A DNA stretch of 63,972 bases, filler included, from Octopus bimaculoides (taxonomy: Eukaryota), in the NCBI RefSeq assembly GCF_001194135.2. It is 5 parts of 5 records of this genome, joined end to end, with 100 filler letters (N's around TTAATTAATTAA, not from the genome) between each part and the next. Parts side by side here need not be neighbours in the genome. Positions count along the whole stretch, not along the records: positions 24,207 to 48,127 come from NC_068981.1; 4 more parts are not named here. The stretch is one strand, 5' to 3'. How positions within the stretch are numbered: the stretch's first letter is position 1; the number at the start of each line of letters is the position of its first letter. The translations under genes and the position numbers were made by a program. Shown one piece after another: positions 25,931 to 39,517 of this stretch. The notes below the pieces were generated by a model that worked only from the letters and a program-made list of their open reading frames with translations, made no database searches and was not told the origin of the DNA.

Positions 25931-26923
25931 TACGAACAAGAAATGGCATAAGCCTGAGCTGATGTCGTCCATTGTCCCACATTCTGTATTTGGTGCTAGG
26001 GCCTCTTTCTATTGTTTTTCATTTATAGATGTTTGCGGTCAGACATTGGTCTTCACCAACGAAAATCAGTCCTACGTTTCTGCTCTTAGCAAGGCTTTGA
26101 TTTAGGCTCACTTGTTCTCTGGCAATCCTTTGAGTGATTTCTCTCTCCATTTCTTCTTTAGCATGTTTTGGAATTTTGTTGTCATCTTTCTTTTTAGTCG
26201 CTTCAATCATTTCTTTTGTGTTATCATCTGAGTTCTGTTTCAGCGTAGTTTGTTTCTGGTTTGTATTTTAACGACACCTTGTTTATGAAGGCAGGCATTC
26301 TGTGTGTGTGTGTGTTCGTGTGAACGCGCGTGTCTACATGTCTGTTTCTATGTGTGTGCGTTTCTCTGTATGTTTCTCTTTGTGTGGGGAGTGCGTGTGT
26401 AAGATATATTTATATACCTTATTTCATGTAGTAGTCATCCACGTTTTATTTCAAAGCAGTTTTGTAGTCTACCTGTCTGTGTTTGTCACTTTCCCAGTGC
26501 TTAGAAACCGGTGTTGTCATTAGATAGTAGTTCTCTGTCTGTGTCAGATAGAGCGGGGTACGTACATTTTGCCTGAGTATGCGTTGGGGTGGTGACTTTG
26601 GTAGGCTGTTAATGGCTTCCTGGTTTCCTTATGTTTCTCCTATTACTAATCTCACGGCATATTAGGTTGAAGCTGTAATTTATAACTGGTATGGCTAATA
26701 TATTTATCCCTCGACAGTTGAAAGAGGAAACTATAAGATAAAATGGCAGACGCAAGTTTTTCTATATTTTTACTTTACATTAATTTTGCGCAGACAAAAT
26801 TTCATGACACCACCTGCTGTTGAGTTCTATCAGAAACGTCTGATTAACAAACATTGTACTTCATGAAATATTACGAAAGTCGTAGTATTCTTGTTGCTTT
26901 CCTTGCGTTTATCATTACTACTC

Positions 26924-26972
<49 letters not shown>

Positions 26973-27312
26973 ATTTAGTGGTATTGTAAGGAAATGAAAC
27001 ATTACAATCAGAATAAATCAGAATGGGAAAAGACATAAAAAGACGTGATCTAGTCTAGTAAGTAATACGAAAACAGAATCTGGATGTTTGAGAAAACAAG
27101 ATGAATATGATGATTATGGACATAATTGCCGTGTTTTCATGAAAATGTCAATGATGACGATAATGAGAAGGACGAGAACTAAATACATTCGTAAGCTACT
27201 AGTCAAATCTAAACTTTAGTAGTTTAGTGCAATCAAATAGACAAAGAACCACAAGGTTAGACGTCGAGGCACTCAATCACACAAACGTTATACAGACAAT
27301 ATACAATCCTAC

Positions 27313-27343
<31 letters not shown>

Positions 27344-27370
27344 CGATAACCATAACGATAACGATGATGC

Positions 27371-27411
<41 letters not shown>

Positions 27412-27900
27412 TAGATGGCTGTCCACTCATAACCGAGGAAGACCATATCTGACCTTTGCCGACGCAAAATGCCAGCAATGTCTGTACATCAGGTAATTAT
27501 ACCACCAGTCGGCCTCTCCGGGTTTGCGTCAGCGGCTTCTATGCTCACCACAGTGCCCTCTCCTACTCGATCAGGTATCGGATTATTGCCGCGGTGGCGA
27601 TTGCACAACCTAAAATTTTAGGTCTAATAAGTCTTGCACAGCACATCACAGAATCTCTACACCAGAGATGATTCAAAGACAAGCCAGAGCAAGCTAACCG
27701 TGCCGCTACGGGTCTCAGGATCAGGAATGTGTGAACACCATGAACACAAGTGCAAGCAAAAGACACCCGAGATGTTCAATGCCATACACTGCATATCTGG
27801 GTTTATATCAGAGTGACCTCCTTGAGAAATACTTTAACAAAGCTATAGGGTGCCTCAATTACAGTGATCCTACAGCATGCTGGACCCCAACCAGGAATTT
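27313..27900 (-). mobile_element. RTE/BovB-type 3' end with (CAT)n tail and GC-richer unassigned body
   Basis: Minus strand ends GGTCTTCCTCGGTTATGAGTGGACAGCCATCTA(CAT)n, comparable to the 3' terminus of the RTE at 35190. Confidence 0.45.
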
Positions 27901-28304
27901 CTGAGGATCCGTGCTATTGCTAGATAGTCATTAAACCCACATTAGATTCATTCGTCATTTTCACAGTCTTGTTTTTAGTCCTGCTCAGTTTCTAGTAATC
28001 CTCCTGACCAGGCAAGTCTAGTGGCGGTGCCAGTTTAGTCGCGGATGATCCAACAATGTAATAGATTGTACTGGATTTCCCGTTATCAGTTGCACAAAAG
28101 TGACCTCACAAGTGACCTGACACAAACGTACATAAACTTACATACATGCAAACATACATATACACAGAGACACACGCTCATATGCATGTGTATATGTATG
28201 CATGTATGTATGTATGTATGTATGTATGTATGTATGTATGCATGTAAATATGTGTGTTCTCATGTTTGAATGTATGTATGCACACTATCTCTTATATCAG
28301 TCAT

Positions 28305-28445
28305 TAGACAGTAGCCGTGCAAGGTCAAAGCCTTCAAGGGTTTTAGTTGAACAAATCGAAACTCGTAAGTAATTTTTATTTAAAGTCTGGTACGTAATTT
28401 ATTGGTCGCTTTTGACGAACTGCTAGTATACTCTGACGTAAGAAA
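28305..28445 (-). mobile_element. SINE family A variant, 3' fragment
   Basis: GGTTTTAGTTGAACAAATCG..AAAGTCTGGTAC..TTTGACGAACTGCTAG, reverse of the family A tail. Confidence 0.55.
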
Positions 28446-28491
28446 ACAGCATCGTTGGCCAAGCATTGGAGAGGTGACAGACATAGACATC

Positions 28492-28547
<56 letters not shown>

Positions 28548-30018
28548 NNNNNNNNNNNNNNNNNNNNNNNNNNNNNNNNNNNNNNNNNNNNNNNNNNNNN
28601 NNNNNNNNNNNNNNNNNNNNNNNNNNNNNNNNNNNNNNNNNNNNNNNNNNNNNNNNNNNNNNNNNNNNNNNNNNNNNNNNNNNNNNNNNNNNNNNNNNNN
28701 NNNNNNNNNNNNNNNNNNNNNNNNNNNNNNNNNNNNNNNNNNNNNNNNNNNNNNNNNNNNNNNNNNNNNNNNNNNNNNNNNNNNNNNNNNNNNNNNNNNN
28801 NNNNNNNNNNNNNNNNNNNNNNNNNNNNNNNNNNNNNNNNNNNNNNNNNNNNNNNNNNNNNNNNNNNNNNNNNNNNNNNNNNNNNNNNNNNNNNNNNNNN
28901 NNNNNNNNNNNNNNNNNNNNNNNNNNNNNNNNNNNNNNNNNNNNNNNNNNNNNNNNNNNNNNNNNNNNNNNNNNNNNNNNNNNNNNNNNNNNNNNNNNNN
29001 NNNNNNNNNNNNNNNNNNNNNNNNNNNNNNNNNNNNNNNNNNNNNNNNNNNNNNNNNNNNNNNNNNNNNNNNNNNNNNNNNNNNNNNNNNNNNNNNNNNN
29101 NNNNNNNNNNNNNNNNNNNNNNNNNNNNNNNNNNNNNNNNNNNNNNNNNNNNNNNNNNNNNNNNNNNNNNNNNNNNNNNNNNNNNNNNNNNNNNNNNNNN
29201 NNNNNNNNNNNNNNNNNNNNNNNNNNNNNNNNNNNNNNNNNNNNNNNNNNNNNNNNNNNNNNNNNNNNNNNNNNNNNNNNNNNNNNNNNNNNNNNNNNNN
29301 NNNNNNNNNNNNNNNNNNNNNNNNNNNNNNNNNNNNNNNNNNNNNNNNNNNNNNNNNNNNNNNNNNNNNNNNNNNNNNNNNNNNNNNNNNNNNNNNNNNN
29401 NNNNNNNNNNNNNNNNNNNNNNNNNNNNNNNNNNNNNNNNNNNNNNNNNNNNNNNNNNNNNNNNNNNNNNNNNNNNNNNNNNNNNNNNNNNNNNNNNNNN
29501 NNNNNNNNNNNNNNNNNTGAGAGGTATTTGTATCCAGAAGACCCGAGGTCCTTTTTACACTTTTTTCACTTTCTCACACATTTGTCACTCCCTCGTCTTG
29601 TTCTCATTTTCTCTTTCTTTCCTTCTTCTTTCCTGACCTTTTCATTTGACCTCTCTCTTCATTTTAACACACACATCTCTGCTCCCCTCTGTATCCACTT
29701 AATACTAACAATACTTTCTCAAATTCTCATTCACACGACAAGACCCCTTTGAATGAACAGCACATAGAATCTACGTCTCCACACTTTACAATTGTGATGA
29801 CAAAATATTAACTCCTATTGGAATTTACATACAACGGACATTTCTACACACAACTATCCTTGGATAACGAAACTGCAACTATAACAATTGTATACACTTT
29901 TATTTCTATTTCAACATTCATTCTCCTGTTTCCCTACATACTCCTTATTTGCATTCTTTTCTAAAATAAAACCTCATATTGAACTCAAATATTTCCCTCT
30001 ATTTAACAATTACATAAC

Positions 30019-30066
30019 GTCTCTGATGAAGGGATATCCCTACCAGCCCAGAAACAGCTGTAACAC
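30019..30066 (+). ncRNA. Hammerhead motif in a Penelope-pLTR-like repeat (about 29850-30140)
   Basis: GTCT-CTGATGA-A-GGG..CCC-A-GAAAC-AGCT-GTA-ACAC: intact core, palindromic CAGCTG stem III, GUA triplet; stem I has one mismatch and there is one extra A before GAAA. Confidence 0.55.
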
Positions 30067-30168
30067 TAACCCTCTCTTTATAAATGTCCTGAAAATTCGA
30101 CACACCCTTGGTTTTGTTGTCTCATTATATTTAACGTATATACATACACACACACACACACACATACA

Positions 30169-30244
<76 letters not shown>

Positions 30245-31247
30245 NNNNNNNNNNNNNNNNNNNNNNNNNNNNNNNNNNNNNNNNNNNNNNNNNNNNNNNN
30301 NNNNNNNNNNNNNNNNNNNNNNNNNNNNNNNNNNNNNNNNNNNNNNNNNNNNNNNNNNNNNNNNNNNNNNNNNNNNNNNNNNNNNNNNNNNNNNNNNNNN
30401 NNNNNNNNNNNNNNNNNNNNNNNNNNNNNNNNNNNNNNNNNNNNNNNNNNNNNNNNNNNNNNNNNNNNNNNNNNNNNNNNNNNNNNNNNNNNNNNNNNNN
30501 NNNNNNNNNNNNNNNNNNNNNNNNNNNNNNNNNNNNNNNNNNNNNNNNNNNNNNNNNNNNNNNNNNNNNNNNNNNNNNNNNNNNNNNNNNNNNNNNNNNN
30601 NNNNNNNNNNNNNNNNNNNNNNNNNNNNNNNNNNNNNNNNNNNNNNNNNNNNNNNNNNNNNNNNNNNNNNNNNNNNNNNNNNNNNNNNNNNNNNNNNNNN
30701 NNNNNNNNNNNNNNNNNNNNNNNNNNNNNNNNNNNNNNNNNNNNNNNNNNNNNNNNNNNNNNNNNNNNNNNNNNNNNNNNNNNNNNNNNNNNNNNNNNNN
30801 NNNNNNNNNNNNNNNNNNNNNNNNNNNNNNNNNNNNNNNNNNNNNNNNNNNNNNNNNNNNNNNNNNNNNNNNNNNNNNNNNNNNNNNNNNNNNNNNNNNN
30901 NNNNNNNNNNNNNNNNNNNNNNNNNNNNNNNNNNNNNNNNNNNNNNNNNNNNNNNNNNNNNNNNNNNNNNNNNNNNNNNNNNNNNNNNNNNNNNNNNNNN
31001 NNNNNNNNNATATATATATTTATATTTATATATTTATATATTTGATCCTTTATATTGAACACTCAATATTTCATCTACATTCAATACTTTATTTCATGGT
31101 GCCATCCATTTTTATTTTATTTTATATTATATATTGTATATTATATTATATATTGTATATTCCATATTCTATACCCCACATTAGTTCTGCAGGAATATAA
31201 ATAAAACATAAAAAACAGACAGTGTTGGAACTCTTTTAAGCAAAATA

Positions 31248-31280
<33 letters not shown>

Positions 31281-31606
31281 TGAATACATGCATACATACA
31301 TACATACATGCACGCATACATACACACATATACATTTACATATACATATATACATACATATATACATACATGTTTAATCCCTTTGTTGTTCCTGTTGATG
31401 AAGATAATGATGGTGATCGTGAGGGGCGGGAAGACGAAAATGATAATGAGGATGACGACGATGACCATGGCAACGACGACCATGGAGTAAAGAAATCTTC
31501 TACCTCCACCTAACTAAATATAGTAATAAATAAAATAAACACATCATCCTACGAAAACAGAGCAGAAAGCCTTAACGCCATGAATATCTAAATAGGGTTC
31601 ATTGAC

Positions 31607-32022
31607 TGTTACCAGACAGATAACTGGCAACTGATGTCAAGTGATAGCAGTTAGAGATGTCCTCTCGCGAGATTTGATTACAGACTTACTACCGGAAATG
31701 ACGCCTGGGCAGTACTGAAATGCAAATAGAACCAATCTGGCAGCAAGTGCACAGAATGACGCGGCAGCAGCAGTCTAAGAGGGACGTGCGGCAGAAGGTG
31801 GAGCAGGAGGAGGTTTAGCAACAAAAGAAGAGCAAGTATAAGCGTGACTTTGGTGATTGCATCTCCTTAAGCCATCGGACAATGGATCCCAAGTTACGTA
31901 TACTGTCTGCACATACATGAAAAAAAAATTACATACATACAATGAAGTAGTCTTGGATGTAGGTTAGAAACCAACTCTTTCTGTGTTGGCAAGAGATCTT
32001 GAAATAAAGCTGAATACTGACA
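31607..32022 (+). mobile_element. Solo LTR-like or pLTR-like element, 416 bp
   Basis: TGTTA..TGACA termini, AATAAA about 15 nt from the 3' end, clustered promoter motifs inside; no matching target-site duplication seen. Confidence 0.4.
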
Positions 32023-32142
32023 TATATATATATTATATTATATTATATTGATATGTCTACGTGTGCGCGTGTGCATGTGTATGTGTACACATTCTCTCTC
32101 TTTTATTCTCTCTCCGTTTATTTCTTCTTGTTCCTTTCTGTC

Positions 32143-32179
32143 GTTCTGTCGAACAGCGTAGGTTCGGAACGTAAAAAAC
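32143..32179 (+). ncRNA. Degenerate hammerhead motif, same subfamily as 24312 (repeat about 32095-32255)
   Basis: GTT-CTGTCGA-A-CAGC-GTAG-GTTC-GGAAC-GTA-AAAAAC followed by CCGAACGTCAAAC..CTACACTTGTCTTCGTC. Confidence 0.45.
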
Positions 32180-32280
32180 TTTTTCATCTTTCCGAACGTC
32201 AAACAAAAACACTTGCTAGTTGTTCCTACACTTGTCTTCGTCTTTTTTCTTCTATATATATGTATATATATATATATATA

Positions 32281-32374
32281 ATCAAAATAAGCAAGAACGA
32301 TATCCAGAGGTTATGCAGTACGATCGTTATGCAGTACTGCATAACCTTTGGATATCCGTGTTGCTTATTTTGAT
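32281..32374. repeat. 94-bp fold-back palindrome
   Basis: 41-nt arms ATCAAAATAAGCAA..GATATCCAGAGGTTATGCAGTAC and its near-reverse complement, 12-nt spacer. Confidence 0.9.
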
Positions 32375-32779
32375 TTTAATCACCTTATTTTGAAATTGTA
32401 TGGATAATACCGTACTAAATTCTGGTACCTCAACTTGAGTACCATATTCACCTGAATCTCTCTATATATATATTGTGGTAGAAATTACTGTTACTCTTGT
32501 TCTTGCTTTATTGCTAGTACTGTACCCTACTTTTTGTCGAACCCCAGATTAACCCTGGTCGAGCTGACACACATGTGTCAGTCTTACCTTTACAGAGGCA
32601 GTTTCTCTTAAATTATTAGATTTTATATTTGCTTTTCATATACATACATTAGAGAGTGATTTCAGGCAGAATTTTCGGGTAATTTTAGCAGAGCATGCGG
32701 CTTATTAAATGCTTCCTCGCTACTTTAGAGACTGTAACAATGGTGAAAAAGCGAACTAGAATGAGGAGGAAAAAAGGTG

Positions 32780-33125
32780 AAGAGAAGGGAGGAGGAGGAG
32801 GAGGAGGAGGAGGAGGAGTGAGAAAGGACTGGAGGAGGAAGAAAACAGAAGAAGACGAAGAAGAAGAAGAAGAAGAAGAAGAAGAAGAAGAAGAAGAAGA
32901 AGAAGGTGATGATGATGATGACGACGATGATGATGATGACAATGGTGACGAAAATGATGATGATGACGACGATGATGACGATGATAACGATGATGACGAT
33001 GACGACGATGACGATGACGATGACGACGACGACGATGATGATGATGATGATTATGACGACGATGACGACGACGTGTTTACGATCGTGACAGTGATGTTGA
33101 ATTTGACGACAGCGACGACAACGAC
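32780..33125. repeat. Compound trinucleotide tract (GGA, GAA, GAT/GAC)
   Basis: Direct reading. Confidence 0.95.
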
Positions 33126-33454
33126 GCGGTCTGAGTGTATTCCACGAAATAAAGAAGGGTCTCTAAATTAGACCTATCATCTTTTAATTGTCAAAGAGCA
33201 TCAGCGACACCTAGCGAGTAAATATATTTTTCCACGCCTTCTAGCGATTAGTGAATTATGTTGCAAGTTCGTTCACCGTTAAATGTGTCAACGAGCAGGT
33301 GGAATGGAAGAGAAAATAAGACAAATGCAACGACAAAAACTTGTCTTGTCACAATAAAGAAGGATAATCAGTACTCAAGGATTTGACCAAAGGCAGAATC
33401 GACAGACTCAAAATCTTTTGTCATTCAGACATCTTCTTCTTCTTCTTCTTCTTC

Positions 33455-33523
<69 letters not shown>

Positions 33524-34387
33524 GTGTCCTTTCTTCTCTGGATGGCATCAGCTTTTGGTTTTATTTGACGAGTGGAAACGATGCTTGCACACCTTAGCCA
33601 ATCGTATTTCCTGTGTTAATCATAAGGCGGTCTTGTGAAGTTCTTGTGCCTTGCAACTTCTACTACCATCTGCTTGTATAGCTGTGAGATTGTTATTACT
33701 GGAAAAACATAGAAACATATGTGCAGAGGTCACCAAATGTTGAAAAAATATATATATAAATAAATAGATAAATAAATAGATAAAGGCAAAGGAAAAACGA
33801 AAACGGAAAAACAAAAACGTAGGGGGAAAAAAAACGAAAAATATAAGAATTGAAAAAGAATCATATCACATACGCTGCATTACAAAAACACATATATATA
33901 TATATTCAAACATGTGCACACACGCAAGTATATATATATATATATATATATNNNNNNNNNNNNNNNNNNNNNNNNNNNNNNNNNNNNNNNNNNNNNNNNN
34001 NNNNNNNNNNNNNNNNNNNNNNNNNNNNNNNNNNNNNNNNNNNNNNNNNNNNNNNNNNNNNNNNNNNNNNNNNNNNNNNNNNNNNNNNNNNNNNNNNNNN
34101 NNNNNNNNNNNNNNNNNNNNNNNNNNNNNNNNNNNNNNNNNNNNNNNNNNNNNNNNNNNNNNNNNNNNNNNNNNNNNNNNNNNNNNNNNNNNNNNNNNNN
34201 NNNNNNNNNNNNNNNNNNNNNNNNNNNNNNNNNNNNNNNNNNNNNNNNNNNNNNNNNNNNNNNNNNNNNNNNNNNNNNNNNNNNNNNNNNNNNNNNNNNN
34301 NNNNNNNNNNNNNNNNNNNNNNNNNNNNNNNNNNNNNNNNNNNNNNNNNNNNNNNNNNNNNNNNNNNNNNNNNNNNNNNNNNNNNNN

Positions 34388-34420
<33 letters not shown>

Positions 34421-35189
34421 GTAAATGTGACAGCGCATATACATACGTTCATATATATGTAAATATATATATGAAAATATATATATATACTGGTGACTTC
34501 CTATTCATGGTGGATAATATTTTTGTACCACTAAAGTATCAATGCTGCAACTCATAAGTTTGCTTGGGTAGTACCTCAATCTCTTTTAGTACCCACACAG
34601 TAATAGAGCAACCTGAAATCGATTGTTTTTGCTCAAGAACATAAATGTCTTTCTTTCGGGATCCACAAAATAAGTACTAGTTGATCACTTAAGTCGATGT
34701 AATTTCCCGAAACTGCTGCCCTTATGCCAATATTTGGAAGTGTTATTACAGTCCAAAATGTTGTTAAATCATGTGATCTGGTTGTTTCCGAGCTAGAATA
34801 GTTGGGAGATGCTTGCAATATATATCGAATGCGAAGCGCATTGAATAACCAGCTGAGAAGGTATCCTCCTGGCGTTAAAATAGCAGTATTGTTTGCTCTT
34901 ATAGGACACCGAAGTTTAGGTGGCGATAAACATTATTAGAGTCTATTTCTTGTTATAATTCTAAATGCGATAATATCATGATTTAAAACTTTCACGTCTT
35001 CAATTGTAATATTTTCCGCTTGTCGTACCGTTTAAGACACATTCTATAAATATATATGTGCGTGCGCGCGTGATTGTGTGTGTATGTGCGTGCGTATGTG
35101 TGTTTGTGTATAGATAGAAAGATACTATGAAACTCAGAAAGTATGAGAGACGAGGGTATATTTATATAACCACCTGACATATAGATATA

Positions 35190-36225
35190 CATGATGGTTG
35201 TCACTCCTTATACAGAGCTTGACCACCTCCTGTACCTATATCTTAACACATCTATCTATCTATCTGTATGTATATATACATATACATATGTATACATCTG
35301 TACCTATATCTGATGTGGCTTTTTAAATCAGACAATGTTCTGAAAAGACACCCACATAGATTGCACCTCTGATTTGGACCACCAAAACCTGCAGATAAGT
35401 TCTGCTCTTTGTGGATCTTAACACGTCTTTTGATTTGCAAACCATGTGGCATATACTGCATTCAGAGGTGTGCACAGACATGTAGGCAGAATAGTTGGTG
35501 GAGGTTTGTTTTCCATGCGTTCGCAGATGAGATTTGAGGCCAACAAAAGACAGGTATGGTCTGTCACAGACTGTGCACACAAAAAGGTCACTGTCATTCA
35601 CCTTCTCGTTCGTTACATTCTTCCTTAGATCTCTTTTGAATCTTACATGCGTTATCCTGGTCTCTTCAAATACTTTCTCCACTCCACACCTTTGTTCGCC
35701 ATCCAACTCGATCCGAAGCAAGAGTTTCTATATCTTCTGGAACCATTCCAAGTGACTTCATAGTAGTCCTTATGCGTCCTTAAACTTTTTCTTAGGTTTA
35801 CGCCGATAGCTTTTCCCCTCTGCAAGCTCACCATAAAACAGCTGTTTCGGCATGCGTTCATCTGCCATTTGAACAATATGGCCACATCATCTCAATTGGT
35901 TCCTCAAAATCATAGCTTTAATTGAGGTGATGCCTGCAGATGCAAAGACATCTGTGTTTGGAGTAAAAGGACTCCATTTAAGTTTTAAAATGCGATGAGG
36001 GCAGTTTTGCTGGAATTGTTCTAACAATTTAAAATGCCTTTCGTAACAAGTTCATGTTTCACAAGAATACAACAGGGATGGTAAAACAAATGATTTGTAA
36101 AGTACCAGCTTTGTATTCTTATTTATATGTCGCTGGCACCAAATGCGTGATTCCAAGCCACGAAATGCTTTTGCAGCCCTTTGAATTCGCAGCTGTATTT
36201 CTGTCTGAACTGTCAATTTCTTTAT
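35190..36225 (-). mobile_element. 5'-truncated RTE (BovB-like) LINE, 3' kilobase, with three C2H2 zinc fingers
   Basis: Pseudo-ORF KLVLYKSFVLPSLLYSCET*..NQLR*CGHIVQMADERMPKQLFYGELAEG; fingers CTVC..LKSHLRTH, CSIC..VKIH and CNLC..LKSHIR; terminal GTGGTCAAGCTC..GAGTGACAACCATC. Confidence 0.85.
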
Positions 36226-36795
36226 TAACCATGTGGTTGAGAAAAAGAAGGGACGATACTAGGACAGACAAAACAAACATTGGGGTCACGGGATCGAAAG
36301 AGACGAAACGTATGAATAAACAATTAAAATATACACAATTAAATGAGAATGAATGATTTACAAAAAATGAAGCGGAGGACGCGGTCGATCCCACAAACCA
36401 CATATTCACATTGAAGACTTTGCTTTGTCTTTTTTTGTTCTCGTTTAGACAGGTTCTTTCATTCGCAAGATAGTTGCTACAGACTTCCATCTTTTACGAA
36501 ACACAGCTTGTGACAGGTATTTCTTTCCTAGCCTTATTTTCCGTTCCATGTGGAAAACGAAAGAGTCGATTAACCCGAGACTGGAGATGAACAACGGCCA
36601 ACCAACACAATGTCTGTAAATATGTATATATCTTTTTTATGTATATATGTGTGTATATTTATACTTTATATATATATATTATTTGATACCTTTTAATTGC
36701 ATATCTTTTACTTTTCTTTATACAATATTATTTATACGTAATTCTTATTCACACATCATACATATACATATGTATATGTATATATACATACATAC

Positions 36796-36850
<55 letters not shown>

Positions 36851-38757
36851 GAAAGAGAGAGATATTACGCACATGCATACATACACATATACCTATGTAT
36901 ATATCCCAAGCAAATAAGACGGTGGCAATTTTCAATTATGAAAGTTGTGGAATTTAAAACTGGATGTGCCCCAGTATGGTCACAATCCACAGGTTAAAAC
37001 AAGTAAAAGAGTAAAACAATAAAACAATATACACACCACACCATTCTTTTTCTACACATCCACCTGACACCCGCACAGACAAGATAGCCTTTTAGCGCTA
37101 CAACAGTTTTTATTCTTACTTGCCAGATGTACATCCAATTACCTCAACATCCCTTGTGTTTCACTGAGCCATTCATATGCTGAATGTCGTACTCGTATTG
37201 TTCTTAAATCTGCGCACACACGCTCTTACGGTGTTATGTCAGCGCATGAGCAAATTTATTTCGTTGCTGAGTGCACTCTTCTCTGCCACAAACTACGCTG
37301 CTGGTAATCACCCAGTTGTCTTATAAGCACAAGCTAGCTGTTGGGTTTTTCTACGTTAGTATGGCTTAGAAAAGAGTACATCTGAGAGAGGAGTCTCGCA
37401 GTCGGATGTAATTCCTGCAGTCAACCATTACCCGTTTCTCATTTAAGGGATTCTTGTTTCAGAGGAATTCGAAAGCAGACGATTTGTTGATAGAAAACGG
37501 GAACCGACTTCACCGGTTGCAGTCCAACAATAAACGACACAATCATACTGTCTGTACCTTCTGCTGAGCAAAGCCTTGTATCGCATTCTCTATGAGCTCC
37601 TTCTACTCTGACCAAAACTGTATTTTACAATATCAAAGTGGTAGGACTAACTAAACCAATGTAAAAATGTTATAATATCTGAAAGAATGACTAGAAAAAT
37701 CTTCAAAATGTAATTGGTAGACATGTACAACCAACAAATCCAAAATACATTGCCTTCTTTTATAAAACTTTAAATTCTGTATGCCAGTAGCGTGATGATT
37801 TAATTAATCAGCTGTTTCACTCGTTCAAAATAATAAAATATTCATGAGTTTTCTGAATGAAGTCGCGTCATTTCGCTGTTTCACTTTAGTTCTAAAGTAG
37901 GTTCAAACATTATATAAAATAAATACGAGTTACTTGTTAAACATTACAAAAGGCGATACTGAGTTTACAATCTGACAGTACCGAGTGTTTTATCTTACAA
38001 AATTTATGTAAAAGTTTCCTACTCCTAGAAAATCATTTGAGATGAGACACTAACTCCGACAATATCAGACTAACGCCTAAATATCTGAGCTACCAGGAAA
38101 CGAACTTAGGTTACCGTTGTAAAATTTGAGTTGTTAGTTTTATTATCTGCCTCTTTATATGTATAAGCTTCCTCCAAATTGCTAGTGTGTATGAACTTAT
38201 GAGTTATGCCTGGGAGAGATTTATGAATATGTTTATCGGGCTGGTTGTGTTAGTTTATGTATATCCGAGTAAGTGTATATATATGAGAATAGTATTTTGA
38301 TGTGTGTGTATGAATGTATATATAAAATACTTATTACACTTATTATTGTACGGGATGACATGTGCTGCTAGCATCTATTCAAGTATTCGGTAATGTGGTA
38401 GAATTTTTGACATTTCAAGTTGCAATTGCAATATCAAAGCTTAACTTAGATTATATGTAATTGTTTAGGCTGCATGCATATGTTTGTATGTATGTATGTA
38501 TGTATGTATGTATTTATGTATATATGTGGACTGTCATACAGCCACTTAAGAGTAAATTTATTAAGAAATGATGATAAGTAGGCGTGTCTACATGAGGGTG
38601 TGCCAAGATTATATACCTAAATAAATATATGTTTGTGTATGTGTGTATGTGTATATATATATATTTATATATACGTGAATATACATATAAATAAGTATAT
38701 TCGCGTGTACACACGTATGCATGTATGGATGTATGGATGGATGGATGTGGAAGGATC

Positions 38758-38794
<37 letters not shown>

Positions 38795-39362
38795 AGAGAG
38801 AATACTGATTAAATGACGGAAGCTGTGAATTTTATAACATCTACACATATCTTCAACTCAACTATATTAGTTGCAAATGTGTGGAAGTGCACATCCGCTG
38901 TGTGTGAGCCAGTGTGATTGTATCAGCTTCTCCTTGCATCACATTATACACAGAACTAACTGACGGATCATTTTGGTGTCAATTCGTAAAACGGCCAGCT
39001 CCACTGCCTGACAGGGTCGTATTTGATAAGTGTTTCAATATGAGTGAAAATGCCTGAAAAATAGCGAATAATTCCTGGCGTTTTATCTTTTATCACGACA
39101 ATCTTCAATTTCCTTCAGTTTTTCTAGCTCAGCACATCTCTCAATTGACTATGTATTTCGCTGCCAAAACTATCTCCTGCAATCATATAATTTCATAGCC
39201 TTCGTTATACATGAATATATACATACTTCCATCATATATGAAGTGTCATCTATATACATTCACATAACACAATCATTAACTAACACACATATACACAGAC
39301 ACATCCAGATACATTTGCATACATTGACATCGCATAATATATATAGAATTATATATATGTAT

Positions 39363-39427
<65 letters not shown>

Positions 39428-39464
39428 AATGTAGAGTTATATATATATATATAAATGTAAGTGC

Positions 39465-39517
<53 letters not shown>

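Noticed and set aside
26019-26210. Charged helical 63-aa ORF (MIEATKKKDDNK..)
   Set aside because: Short, no recognisable domain, embedded in repeat-like sequence; cannot be supported.
32695-33171. Acidic poly-E/poly-D ORF (158 aa) resembling a nucleolar or biomineral protein
   Set aside because: Built from adjacent GGA, GAA and GAT/GAC tracts like many others in the window; no splice or domain support.
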